The notes below the pieces were generated by a model, which saw only the letters and a program-made list of their open reading frames with translations, made no database searches and was not told the origin of the DNA. The position numbers and the translations under genes are program-made. From an uncultured Spirochaetota bacterium (GTDB lineage Bacteria; Spirochaetota; Spirochaetia; SZUA-6; Fen-1364), in assembly GCA_963745235.1 (NCBI GenBank), contig CAVUXE010000035.1:192001-256000 (forward strand): a stretch of 64,000 nt of DNA, written 5' to 3'. Positions 40,524 to 50,274 of this stretch are shown here, piece after piece (positions within the stretch are counted from its first letter, which is position 1; the number at the start of each line of letters is the position of its first letter).

Positions 40524-41824
40524 AAGCAAAGCGGTCCTTCGGGTTCCGTGCGCTCAGTGGCGCAAACGGACCTTTCAGGGCAGCCCACCTCGGGTGATGA
40601 CGGCGCGGATCTCGTCGGAGATCTACGGCGTCACCCACCTGTTTCCCGCCTTTGGTTCTTCCCCGATGGTTCACGACCTCCTTGATGGCCTGATACATCA
40701 GAAAGAAGGGCCTGGTCTGAGAATCGGTCTGGTCGATCGTCCCTGCCAGATACAGGTCGGAGGCATCGCAGTAGAACAGGAAGGAACCCGTCGAACCTGA
40801 ATGGCCCCACAATGGCGGCATCCGCATCAATGTGCGCATGGGGCGCGGGAAGCTGAAGAGCATCGTGCCCAAGCCGTATTCGAGCGGAAAGCGCCATTTG
40901 CGCCAGGCGTGCATCTGCCCGAGGCTGTTTCGGCTGACGACTCGTCCCTCGTTCAGGGCCTTCAGGAAGACGATCATCTCTTCGGCCGTCGATACAATTC
41001 CTCCGTCGGCCCAGTATGATCCGTTGGAGCGAACCTTTGTGATGTTCGTGTTCTTGGAGAACACCTCCGCCGGGCAGCGCCGACGGCAGGACCTGATCTC
41101 CGCCGTAGCCGACGAGGTAGGTGTGCTTCAGACCAAGCGGTTGGAAGATGAGCTGCCCATACGCGGCCTGGACGGACGTGCCTGCAACTGCCTCGATAAT
41201 CTTCCCCAGAAGCTGGAAGTTGGTGTCCGAATAGAAAGTTCTCTCGCCAGGAGGGAACCTGGGCTTGAGGTCCTTTTTCGCTCGCTCGATCGTCTGATCA
41301 ACAGACCAGCGGCGGTCGGGGTTCTCCACGAAGATCTCGAACAGGCTCTTGCCGTCCGCGCCTTTCTGGTCGTAATAGTCCGCGATCCCCGACGAGTGCG
41401 ACAGGAGTTGCCTGATCGTGATCTGGGTCGAGTAGTCCTGACCCTTGTAGACGTGGATGCCCTGCACGAGCTCCTTCGGAAGATACTTTGCCATCGGATC
41501 GTCGAGTGCGAGCAGGCCCTGCTCACAAAGACGCATGACGATCGCGGCCGTGTACAGCTTGGTGATGCTCGCGATGTAGATGGGCGTGTCCTTCGTCATA
41601 GGCGCCTGGCCCGTCGCCATCCCCGACGCGCCTGACCACTCAAACGAGCCGTCGCCATTCGCAATCGTGAGAGCGCAGTTCTTTATTCCGCTGCCATCCT
41701 TGACCTGCCGCGCGACAAGCGATCGGAGTCCATCATCCAGGCTCGCGGACGCCTTGGAGCAGGCGGCCGTCATCGCGAGTGCCGCGGCGATCAGGATCAT
41801 CCCTGCGACTTTCCAGACTTTCAT
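40501..41824 (-). CDS. Serine hydrolase, beta-lactamase/D-alanyl peptidase fold, lipoprotein (frameshift near 41070; 3' end uncertain)
   Basis: Lipobox 'MTAAC', 'ASITK' (SxxK), 'LLSHSSG', 'YSDTN', 'YGLG', 'GHSG'. Confidence 0.85.
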
Positions 41825-41921
41825 TCCGCCACCCTCCAAAGCTTCCTTCCAAGACCTTTCGCATCGACAGGCCAAAGGCGAGAGCCAAGCTTTGCGCTTG
41901 GCCCTCCGTATTGCAGAGCGC

Positions 41922-42794
41922 CTAGTTCAGCCAGGTAATTTGAGGTTTTCTTCTCGGAAGCGTCCTGTGGTAAGTCACTTTCGGATAGCCTATTGCCAGG
42001 ACAGCCTGTGGGGCGCTCCCCTCTGGAACGCCAAGGCTGTCTCGCAACGACGTATTCCTGTCGAGCGCGAACTTCATGAAGCCCATCTGACAGGTGGCAA
42101 GACCGATTCGTCGGGCGGCGAGTTCTACGTTGTACAGGGCATGAATCGCGTTGTCTCGCGCCGAGCCATCGCTCTTCGGAGTGAGCGCGATCGCGACCGC
42201 AGGAGCTCGGAAGAAGATCGGTTCGTCCCCCGCGTCCTCGCGTGTCTTGAGCGTTGCAAGCTTCAGGGCGAATCCCTTCACCGCGGCGACATACTCCCGC
42301 CCTCTTGATGCGCGGAAGAACAGTTGAACCAGCGGGTTTCTCAGGAATCGCGACATCTTCGTGAGGAACAGCACCGTTCGCTTGCTCAGATCTTGAATCG
42401 TTTGCGGGTTGTCGACCACAAGCCAGTCGACGTTTTGGCTGTTGCTGCCAGTCGGGGCATACCTGCCGACTTCGAGAAGATCCCGTAAGGTCTCGCGCGG
42501 AATCGCGCTATTGCGAAAGGCGCGGGTAGATCGTCTTTCTTGAAACAATCCGACCAGGCTCTGGTAGCTCGGAAGAACTTCGAAGTCGATAGGCGGGCAA
42601 AGTGCAAGTGGATACTCGCTGTGGTTGATCGCGCCAACAGGGCACGCAGCAACGCAATGACCACACTTCCAACAGGAGTTGGACGCGGCCTGGGCGACGT
42701 TCTCTTCCGAGAGCTTGTACACGTGGGCGATGCACACGCGGCTGCATGCCCCGCACCCGTTGCAGATCTCCTTGTCGACGGCTATCTGAACCAT
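41922..42794 (-). CDS. Nitroreductase with N-terminal 2x[4Fe-4S] domain
   Basis: 'CNGCGACSRVC', 'CWKCGHCVAACP', 'RRSTRAF', 'APTGSNSQ'. Confidence 0.9.
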   Translation of the reverse strand: MVQIAVDKEICNGCGACSRVCIAHVYKLSEENVAQAASNSCWKCGHCVAACPVGAINHSEYPLALCPPIDFEVLPSYQSLVGLFQERRSTRAFRNSAIPRETLRDLLEVGRYAPTGSNSQNVDWLVVDNPQTIQDLSKRTVLFLTKMSRFLRNPLVQLFFRASRGREYVAAVKGFALKLATLKTREDAGDEPIFFRAPAVAIALTPKSDGSARDNAIHALYNVELAARRIGLATCQMGFMKFALDRNTSLRDSLGVPEGSAPQAVLAIGYPKVTYHRTLPRRKPQITWLN

Positions 42795-42889
42795 CACGTC
42801 CCTCCCGAATCGGTTCGCTTGTGAACACAACAGCCCGCGCAGCGACGTCAGGCGGTCCAAACGCGCCGCTGGGCAGGCTCCGTCAGACT

Positions 42890-43246
42890 CTACCTGACCT
42901 CGGCAAGGGCCTTCTGGTAGTCTCCCATTCTCCGCTGAAGTTCTTCTCCGACGAACGCGTCGATAACTCCAAAGTTGGGCACCAGCAGGGCGACACGGAT
43001 GTTTCGGCTCTCGAATTCCGGATCCATCTTTATCCTGGCCAGCTTGTCGCGGTCTCCGTGAACCAACAGGAAGCCACTCAAATCGCCGCCGATGTAGTCG
43101 AGGAATACGGCCTCGAAACTGTCGATCATTCGCTCTTGTTGTTTCCGCTTCCAGTACTCGGTGGCCTCGGCAAACGCCTTCACGGCCTTTTCTGCGAGGG
43201 CGGGCGTTGGGAAGCCCCAACGGATGAAAAGGGCACCTTTTGCCAT
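42890..43246 (-). CDS. Conserved-looking hypothetical protein (small alpha/beta)
   Basis: RBS GAGGAGG, normal coding composition, 'FLDYIGGDLSGFLLVHG'. Confidence 0.7.
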   Translation of the reverse strand: MAKGALFIRWGFPTPALAEKAVKAFAEATEYWKRKQQERMIDSFEAVFLDYIGGDLSGFLLVHGDRDKLARIKMDPEFESRNIRVALLVPNFGVIDAFVGEELQRRMGDYQKALAEVR

Positions 43247-43437
43247 AGCGTTCCTCCTCTGAAGGGTGACCGCCTGAGGTCAACTATCCGGCGTCTCGAA
43301 ACTGCTGTCAAGGAATTCCTGAAGGGGAGTCTCGCCCTCGCGAAGCTACCCACGATGCCGCGCGACGGATGCGACTATCCAGCAGATATGCGCGGCGAGA
43401 AGCGGCAGTAGGACTGAATGCGATCGTTGACCTGAAC

Positions 43438-44076
43438 ATGCCGCCTGTGCTACCCCAGCAGCAGATGCGAGACCTCAAGGCAAGATCCAGAGAGTTCTTC
43501 AACAGGCTTGCGCCCAGATACGATCGCCACTACTACGGAGCCCACGGGCGCCTCCAATACCAGCGAGTGATCGAAGTAGCTCAGACGTGGAAGTTCGCCT
43601 CGGTCCTGGATGTGGGCTGTGGAACAGGGGGACTTCTCGCCTCGCTACAGCGCCCGCGGCTGAAATTGGCTGGAGCCGACTTGTCGCCCGGTATGATAGC
43701 CGAGGCGAGGAAACGCCTTGGGAAGACCGCCGACTTGAAAGTCGCAGACTCCGCGCGACTCCCTTGGAAGGCTGGTACCTTCGATCTCGTCGTAACGACC
43801 GATTCGATCCATCACTGGACGGATCCGGCCCAGGCTTTCTCGGAAATCAGGCGAGTACTGAAGAAGGGCGGACACGCCGTGGTCGCCGATGTTTATGCTC
43901 CCGCGCCGTTGAGGCAGCTCGGGAACTGGATGGCCCGCTTCGGCAGGGAGGGGGACGTCAAAGTCTACTCGGAAGCCGAGCTCACTCGCATGTTACGGGA
44001 AGCGGGGTTCGCACGAATCGCGCGAGACCATCTCAGCTTCATGGCCATCGTGATGAGCGCGAAGGTCGGCAAGTAG
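43438..44076 (+). CDS. Class I SAM-dependent methyltransferase
   Basis: 'VLDVGCGTG', 'DLSPGM', 'FDLV', 'RVLKKGG'. Confidence 0.9.
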   Translation: MPPVLPQQQMRDLKARSREFFNRLAPRYDRHYYGAHGRLQYQRVIEVAQTWKFASVLDVGCGTGGLLASLQRPRLKLAGADLSPGMIAEARKRLGKTADLKVADSARLPWKAGTFDLVVTTDSIHHWTDPAQAFSEIRRVLKKGGHAVVADVYAPAPLRQLGNWMARFGREGDVKVYSEAELTRMLREAGFARIARDHLSFMAIVMSAKVGK

Positions 44077-44111
44077 CTCACCCTCGATTCGCGGTTGCGT
44101 TCCAGGACCCG

Positions 44112-44447
44112 TCAGCCCGCGCCCCCTGCTTGTCCCCGGGATTGCATTTCCATTTTGATCAGCTTGTCCAACTGCAGGGCTTTGAATATGCGGTAAACCC
44201 CTTCGCTGCATCCCTGGATCCGGAGAATCTTTCTGTTCTCAGCCAGTTTTCTGCTGAAGAAAATCAGCTTGCCTATTGCCGTTGAGTTGATTGTCGTGGT
44301 TCGCGAGAGATCAAGGGTTATTGTGAGAAAGCTCCCCGCGGCCAGCTCTACCATTCTTCGATGAAAATCCTCGACCGCTTCTCCGGCAAGTGGTCCGTCA
44401 ACCGCGAGGATGACTTCGACTCTTGAAACAGACTCCTGGCGAATCAT
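44112..44447 (-). CDS. STAS-domain (anti-sigma antagonist-like) protein
   Basis: 'LDLSRTTTINSTAIGKL', 'VYRIFKALQLDK'. Confidence 0.8.
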   Translation of the reverse strand: MIRQESVSRVEVILAVDGPLAGEAVEDFHRRMVELAAGSFLTITLDLSRTTTINSTAIGKLIFFSRKLAENRKILRIQGCSEGVYRIFKALQLDKLIKMEMQSRGQAGGAG

Positions 44448-44645
44448 CGCTGATCAAAGTATCGGCTTCATTTCAAGCAACCTGAATTCCGGGCCCGATT
44501 TGTCCCAACGGCCACATTTGCTTTCATCGAAAGGGCGGTGTCAGCCCTTTTAGCGTAAATAGGTATATTGACTTTTGTGGATAAAATGGAGCACAATCCC
44601 TCTCAAGCAAAGTAATCCGGCTCGCGCGAGCATTTGTGACGGCAA

Positions 44646-47600
44646 ATGACCGAACCTGATGGAACGGCTAGGATAATTCCTCACTGGCTCATTCCCGCCT
44701 CCCTGCTGTTTCTCGTTGCCGGTGGCGCCTGGTTCTACGTCACCCAAAAAGACGCTCTGGAGGCGACGGCGAGAGAGAATCTCAACACGATTGCAAATCT
44801 GAAAGTGAACCAGATTGAGCAGTGGCGCGCCGAAAGGCTCGGGGATGCCGCTGAGCTGGTAGAGAGCTCCTTCAATTCCGCGGCGTTGTCCCGTTGGATG
44901 GACGGCACGCCGAGCGAAGGTAGCGACCAGATTCTCACATTGTTTCGTTCCTACCAGGCGTATGGCGGCTACGCCGATATTCTCCTGGTCGATGGCGAAG
45001 GGAAAGTCCGCCTCAGCCTGAGCGGGCATCCATGGGCGTCGGGCGAACAAACCACTCACACCCTTGCCGACGCGTTGCGCGACCATCGGCCGAAGCTGAG
45101 CGATCTCCAGGAGAACGCTGGCAGCCCGGGGCCCTACCTCGATGTCATTGCGCCCCTGTTCGCTGGGAAGGGAGAAACCATCCGCGCTGTGGGCGCGGTC
45201 CTCTTGCGCTGCGAGGCCAGGGATTTCCTCTATCCTCTGATCCAGTCATGGCCACTGTCGAGCCGGACCGCGGAAACCTTGCTTGTGAGGCGGGACGGAG
45301 ACAGCGTGCTGTACTTGAACGAGCTGCGCCAACAGCAACACACCGCGCTCGCCCTTCGGCTCCCGGTGAGCCGCACGGATCTGCCGGCAGTCGCCGCGGT
45401 AGCGGGAGGGGAAGGCGCGTTTTACGGGAAGGACTATCGCGGCGTCCCTGTCGTGGCGATGTTGAAAGCCATCCCCGGCTCGTCGTGGTTCATTGTCGCC
45501 AAGGAAGATGCCGCGGAGGTGCTGGCGGCCTGGCGGTTCCGCTCGCTTCTCATCCTGGCGCTGATCCTGGTGCTCGTTGCCGGGGCCGCTTCGGCCGTGG
45601 TGGCCATCTGGCAGCGCAACGAGAAGAATCGATATCGATCCCGGTTCGAGTCCGAGGCAATGCGACGCGTGGCGGAGGAGCGCTACCGGATCACGCTCTT
45701 GAGCGTCGGGGACGGAGTCATTGCCACTGATGCGGAAGGAAAGGTGCAGTTCGTGAACCCGGTTGCCGAGTCCCTGACCGGATGGCCGCAGGAAGATGCC
45801 CGCGGCAGACCGCTGGAAGAAGTCTTCCACATTCTGAATGAAGAAACCAGGCTGCCGGTTGAAAACCCGGTGAGCAGAGTGATTCGAGAAGGCGTGGTGG
45901 TGGGTCTCGCAAATCACACGCTGCTGGTAGACCGGGCGGGCAGGGAGCGCGCAATTGCGGACAGCGGCGCTCCCATCAGGGACCAGGCTGGGGGGACTGT
46001 CGGCGTGGTCCTGGTCTTTCGCGACATCACCGCGGAGCTGCGCACCCGGCGCGAGCGGGAAACGACGGTTGATCTGCTGCGACTGCTCAACACGCAGAGC
46101 GTGACGCACGAGCTGATTCGAGAGATAACGGGATTGATGCAGAGGTGGACCGGCTGCGAGGCGGTCGGTGTACGACTGAAGGAAGGGGACGATTTCCCGT
46201 ACTTCGAGACCCGCGGGTTCCCGGCGGATTTTGTCGAAGCAGAGAGGTATCTCTGTGAGCGCGACATCGGCGGGGAGCTGGTCCGGGATGAATCATTCAG
46301 CCCGGTTCTCCAGTGCATGTGCGGCACCGTGCTGCGCGGTCGCGTCGATTCTGGGCTTCCGTTTTTCACCCCGAAAGGAAGCTTCTTCACGAACAGCACC
46401 ACCGAGCTGCTGGCCACGACGTCGGAGCAGGACCGACAGGGCCGGACCCGCAACCGGTGCAACCGGGAAGGCTATGAATCTGTCGCTTTGATACCTCTGC
46501 AGAGCAGTGATGAAACACTTGGACTGCTTCAGCTGAACGACCGGGGCCGCAACCGATTCACCCCAGAGCTCATTTCATTTCTTGAAAGCGCCGCGGATCA
46601 GATCGCCATAGCGCTCGCGCAAAGGAAGGCGCTGTCCGACCGGAAAGAGAGTGAACAACGCTATCGCTCACTTTTCCAGAACATGTTGAACGGGTTTGCT
46701 TATTGCAGGATGCTCTTCACGGACGGCAGAGCGCAGGATTTCATCTACCTCGAGGTAAACAGCGCTTTCGAAACGCTGACAGGGTTGAAGAACGTCACCG
46801 GCAAAAAGGTGTCCGAGGTCATCCCCGGAATCCGGGAATCGGATCCCCAGCTCCTGGAAGCGTACGGGCGGGTTGCGCTGACCGGCCGACCCGAGCGATT
46901 CGAAACCTATCTCGCGGCATTGGATATGTGGTTTTCCATCTCCGTGTACAGACCGGGCGAGGAACATTTCGTGGCCATCTTCGATGTCATCACGGAGCGC
47001 AAGAAGATGGAGGCCGCGCATCAGCTCCTGGTCTCGGCCGTGGAGCAGGCCGCGGAGATGATCGTCATCACCGACCCCGCCGGGATGATTCAATACGTCA
47101 ATCCCGCGTTCGAGACCGTCACCGGCTACTCTTTTGACGAGGTGATCGGGAGCAATTCGCGCATTCTGCAAAGCGGGGAGCACGACAAGGATTTCTACAG
47201 GAACCTCTGGGAGACGATCATCGGCGGGAATACCTGGAAGGGTCATTTTATCAACAAGAAGAAGGACGGCACTCGCTATTCGGAGGACGTGGTCATATCA
47301 CCGGTGCGCGGCCCTGAGGGTGGCATCGTCAACTTCGTGGCGGTCAAGCGCGACAGCACGCGCGAGCACCTTCTGGAGGACCAGCTTCGACAGGCACAGA
47401 AAATGGAGTCAATCGGCAGGCTTGCCGGCGGGGTGGCGCACGATTTCAACAACATGCTTCAGGTGATCAGCAGCTACGTGGAGATCTCACTGGGGCAGAC
47501 GGAAGAAGGGGACCCCCTTCACCGAAACCTGCTGCAGGTGGGCAAGGCGGCTCGGCGCTCAGCGGACCTCGTCGGACAGCTGCTGGCCTTCGCGCGCAAG

Positions 47601-48518
47601 CAGACGGTGAGCCCCCGGGTCGTGGACGTGAACGAGGCCGTCGGCGGCGCGTTGCGGATGCTCCAGCGGCTCATTGGTGAGGACATCGACATTGCATGGA
47701 TGCCGGGCCATGACGTGGGGAAGGTCAGGATCGATCCTTCCCAGCTCGACCAGGTCCTGGCCAACCTCGCCGTCAACGCGCGTGACGCGATCAGTGGCGT
47801 GGGGAAGCTCACCATTGAGACTGAAAATATGACGATCGACGAAGAGTATCGTTCCGCGCACCCGGGCTTTGTGGCCGGAAACTTCGCGATGCTGGCGGTC
47901 AGCGACAACGGGAGCGGGATGAACCGAGAGACGCTCTCCCACCTGTTCGAGCCGTTTTTCACGACAAAGGCAGTGGGAAAGGGAACGGGGCTTGGCCTGG
48001 CCACCGTGTACGGCATCGTCAAGCAGAACAACGGCTTTATCAACGTGTACAGCGAGCCAGGGCGGGGATCGACATTCAGGATCTACCTGCCCCGGGTCGC
48101 CGAGCAGCCCGAAGATGCTCCGGCCGGAGGAGGCGCCCGAGCGATGCCCAAGGGAACCGAGACAATACTGGTGGTTGAAGACGAAGAGGCAATCCTGGAG
48201 ATCAGCAGAACGCTGCTCGAGAGTCTGGGGTATACGGTTATCAGTGCCGGCACTCCGATTGAGGCGCTTCAACAGGTTGCCGAGCTGAAGAAGCCCGTCC
48301 AGCTTTTGATCACCGACGTCGTGATGCCGCAGATGAACGGGCTCGAGCTGGCAAGACGGCTCGCTGAGACGAATCCCGGATTGAAATGGATATTCATGTC
48401 AGGCTATACGGCGGATGTCATTGCCCATCAGGGCATACTGGACAAGGGAGTTCATTTCATCTCAAAACCGTTTTCGATGAGCGACCTCGCGGAAAAAGTC
48501 CGCGAGGTGCTAGGCTGA
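44646..48518 (+). CDS. Hybrid sensor histidine kinase: TM-Cache-TM-PAS-GAF-PAS-PAS-HisKA-HATPase-REC
   Basis: 'AGGVAHDFNN', 'NLAVNARDA', 'EPFFTTK..GKGTGLGL', receiver 'ITDVVMP...FISKPF'. Confidence 0.93.
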   Translation: MTEPDGTARIIPHWLIPASLLFLVAGGAWFYVTQKDALEATARENLNTIANLKVNQIEQWRAERLGDAAELVESSFNSAALSRWMDGTPSEGSDQILTLFRSYQAYGGYADILLVDGEGKVRLSLSGHPWASGEQTTHTLADALRDHRPKLSDLQENAGSPGPYLDVIAPLFAGKGETIRAVGAVLLRCEARDFLYPLIQSWPLSSRTAETLLVRRDGDSVLYLNELRQQQHTALALRLPVSRTDLPAVAAVAGGEGAFYGKDYRGVPVVAMLKAIPGSSWFIVAKEDAAEVLAAWRFRSLLILALILVLVAGAASAVVAIWQRNEKNRYRSRFESEAMRRVAEERYRITLLSVGDGVIATDAEGKVQFVNPVAESLTGWPQEDARGRPLEEVFHILNEETRLPVENPVSRVIREGVVVGLANHTLLVDRAGRERAIADSGAPIRDQAGGTVGVVLVFRDITAELRTRRERETTVDLLRLLNTQSVTHELIREITGLMQRWTGCEAVGVRLKEGDDFPYFETRGFPADFVEAERYLCERDIGGELVRDESFSPVLQCMCGTVLRGRVDSGLPFFTPKGSFFTNSTTELLATTSEQDRQGRTRNRCNREGYESVALIPLQSSDETLGLLQLNDRGRNRFTPELISFLESAADQIAIALAQRKALSDRKESEQRYRSLFQNMLNGFAYCRMLFTDGRAQDFIYLEVNSAFETLTGLKNVTGKKVSEVIPGIRESDPQLLEAYGRVALTGRPERFETYLAALDMWFSISVYRPGEEHFVAIFDVITERKKMEAAHQLLVSAVEQAAEMIVITDPAGMIQYVNPAFETVTGYSFDEVIGSNSRILQSGEHDKDFYRNLWETIIGGNTWKGHFINKKKDGTRYSEDVVISPVRGPEGGIVNFVAVKRDSTREHLLEDQLRQAQKMESIGRLAGGVAHDFNNMLQVISSYVEISLGQTEEGDPLHRNLLQVGKAARRSADLVGQLLAFARKQTVSPRVVDVNEAVGGALRMLQRLIGEDIDIAWMPGHDVGKVRIDPSQLDQVLANLAVNARDAISGVGKLTIETENMTIDEEYRSAHPGFVAGNFAMLAVSDNGSGMNRETLSHLFEPFFTTKAVGKGTGLGLATVYGIVKQNNGFINVYSEPGRGSTFRIYLPRVAEQPEDAPAGGGARAMPKGTETILVVEDEEAILEISRTLLESLGYTVISAGTPIEALQQVAELKKPVQLLITDVVMPQMNGLELARRLAETNPGLKWIFMSGYTADVIAHQGILDKGVHFISKPFSMSDLAEKVREVLG

Positions 48519-48932
48519 CGAAGGCAGGACTTTCTCGATCTTTTCCATGACAGGGGCGGGGAGCGCCGGCCTCCCGTTTTGCAGGGCCGTCGTGACGACT
48601 CGGGCCTGGGCAATCAGCTTCTGGTCGGACGTCCTGTATATGTCCTGGCTGCAGATCAGCTTGAGCCGGCCCTCCCGGTGGAAGGCGGAGCGCACGACGA
48701 ACCTGTCCCGGCTTTTCAGGGGATGCCTGTAGTCTATCTCGATCCGCACTGCTACGAGGTCGATTCCATCCTCATGGAGCGCGGCAAAGTCTATTCCAAG
48801 GGATTCGAGCCACTGGTGTCGGGCGTGCTCCATGTAGTGGAGAAAGTTGGCGTTGTTGACAACGCCTTGCAGGTCGCATTCGTAGTCCCTCACCACGAAC
48901 TCGAGCTCATTCTGGTATTTCATCTCTTCCAT
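48510..48932 (-). CDS. Acyl-CoA thioesterase (4HBT/YbgC hot-dog fold)
   Basis: 'VRDYECDLQGVVNNANFLHYMEHAR'. Confidence 0.9.
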   Translation of the reverse strand: MEEMKYQNELEFVVRDYECDLQGVVNNANFLHYMEHARHQWLESLGIDFAALHEDGIDLVAVRIEIDYRHPLKSRDRFVVRSAFHREGRLKLICSQDIYRTSDQKLIAQARVVTTALQNGRPALPAPVMEKIEKVLPSSA

Positions 48933-49008
48933 GTTTCCGCCTTCCCCAAGCCAAGATTGACTGTCTTCCAACATGCTGTCAATGTCATCTGCGCAGGAGA
49001 GGACTCCC

Positions 49009-49857
49009 ATGGTCGTCGTTGACAGGGAAAAGTGCACCGGCTGCGGCTCGTGCGTGCAGATTTGTCACCAGCATTGCGTGTCGCTCGTCGAACAGAAGGT
49101 CGCGATCGAGCGCGTCCTGTGCAGCACCTGCACACAATGCGTTGCCATGTGCGCTCAGAAAGCTCTGTCCTGGGACGGAGCTTCCCCTGTGAGCTTTGAG
49201 CCCGCTCTCCTGCCGTCTGCCGCACAACTGGACGAGCTTTTCCGGGAACGGCGGACAATCAGGGACTTCGCTGACCGACAGGTGGACCGCGCGGCGCTGG
49301 AGGAAATTGTTTCCTATGGAGCCTGCGCTCCGACCCACAACTTTGATTTCAGATCCGTTATCATCGATGATCCTGCGCTCATTTCGCTCTTCGGCGAGGC
49401 CGCGTTTCGGTTCTCAAGGCGGATATATCGACTGGTGTTTCGCCCGCGGCTCATCCGCCTCCTGGTTCTCCTGGCTCCGCGCCCTGTGCGCGAAGAGTTC
49501 AGAAAGGCCGAGTCCAAGCTGCGCACAGTCATCGGCAGGGGGAAGGGCTTCGCTACCCTGCCGCCCGACATGGTCTGCATCGTGGGCGACAGGCGGATTC
49601 CCCTGTCCCTGGAAAGCGCGCAGTATGTCCTGTACACAATGGCCCTGTACGCGCAGGTGAAAGGGCTGGCATGCCGCAACCTCGTGGGGAACCAGATGAT
49701 TTTCAACGCGAACAGCAAGATACGTCGGGGACTGGGGCTGCAGAAACACGAGCGCATCTTCGCCGTCGCCGGCTTCGGTCATCCCGCGGTGAGGTTCAGG
49801 AACAAGGTCATGGGAAAGAAGATGCCGGTGCAGTGGAATGGGGCTTCGACCGGCTGA
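49009..49857 (+). CDS. Second nitroreductase with N-terminal 2x[4Fe-4S] domain
   Basis: 'CTGCGSCVQIC', 'CSTCTQCVAMC', 'RRTIRDF', 'APTHN'. Confidence 0.88.
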   Translation: MVVVDREKCTGCGSCVQICHQHCVSLVEQKVAIERVLCSTCTQCVAMCAQKALSWDGASPVSFEPALLPSAAQLDELFRERRTIRDFADRQVDRAALEEIVSYGACAPTHNFDFRSVIIDDPALISLFGEAAFRFSRRIYRLVFRPRLIRLLVLLAPRPVREEFRKAESKLRTVIGRGKGFATLPPDMVCIVGDRRIPLSLESAQYVLYTMALYAQVKGLACRNLVGNQMIFNANSKIRRGLGLQKHERIFAVAGFGHPAVRFRNKVMGKKMPVQWNGASTG

Positions 49858-49884
49858 GGCTCCCTTGGTGTCCCCGCGCGGGGC

Positions 49885-50274
49885 TCACCCGCGGTCATGG
49901 ATCTTGTATTCGAAATCGTAGGAATGCTTTCCGTCGATGATCGTGATGGTCATGGAACCCGTGAGGCCGACAAGCTCGCCGGCCCCGGAGTCCGGCACGA
50001 CGCTGATGGTCAGGTGCGGTTCGCCCCGATTCATGGTTCCGCTGTGCTGGAGCACGAAGGTGCCGCGGCGGCCATGCAGCGTCCCGCTCACGCGTTCCAT
50101 GGCCACGTAACCGACCGACCCCTCGATTTCCGTGCTCGCGCTCAGCATCTCGCCCTTGCTGACTGCTTCGAGGTCTCCCCGGAATTGTTTGTCGATTGAC
50201 ATCCTGCCGATGTACTCGTCTGAATCCTGGGGCACCAGCTTCACTTCAAACGAACCGCTCGCTCGATTTGCCAT
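49885..50274 (-). CDS. DUF3224-family protein
   Basis: 'GYVAMERVSGTLHGRRGTFVLQHSG...VVPDSGAGELVGLTG'. Confidence 0.85.
   Translation of the reverse strand: MANRASGSFEVKLVPQDSDEYIGRMSIDKQFRGDLEAVSKGEMLSASTEIEGSVGYVAMERVSGTLHGRRGTFVLQHSGTMNRGEPHLTISVVPDSGAGELVGLTGSMTITIIDGKHSYDFEYKIHDRG

Larger units (their letters stand above)
23089..44500. other. Putative accessory region downstream of tRNA-Lys; no integrase seen; right boundary uncertain
   Basis: Abrupt shift to more A/T-rich sequence and codon usage right after the tRNA; catabolic and accessory genes; long intergenic gaps. Confidence 0.5.

Noticed and set aside
40501-41824. Antibiotic-resistance beta-lactamase
   Set aside because: Motifs fit the broad serine hydrolase/peptidase family (YSD, HSG), not class A, C or D enzymes.
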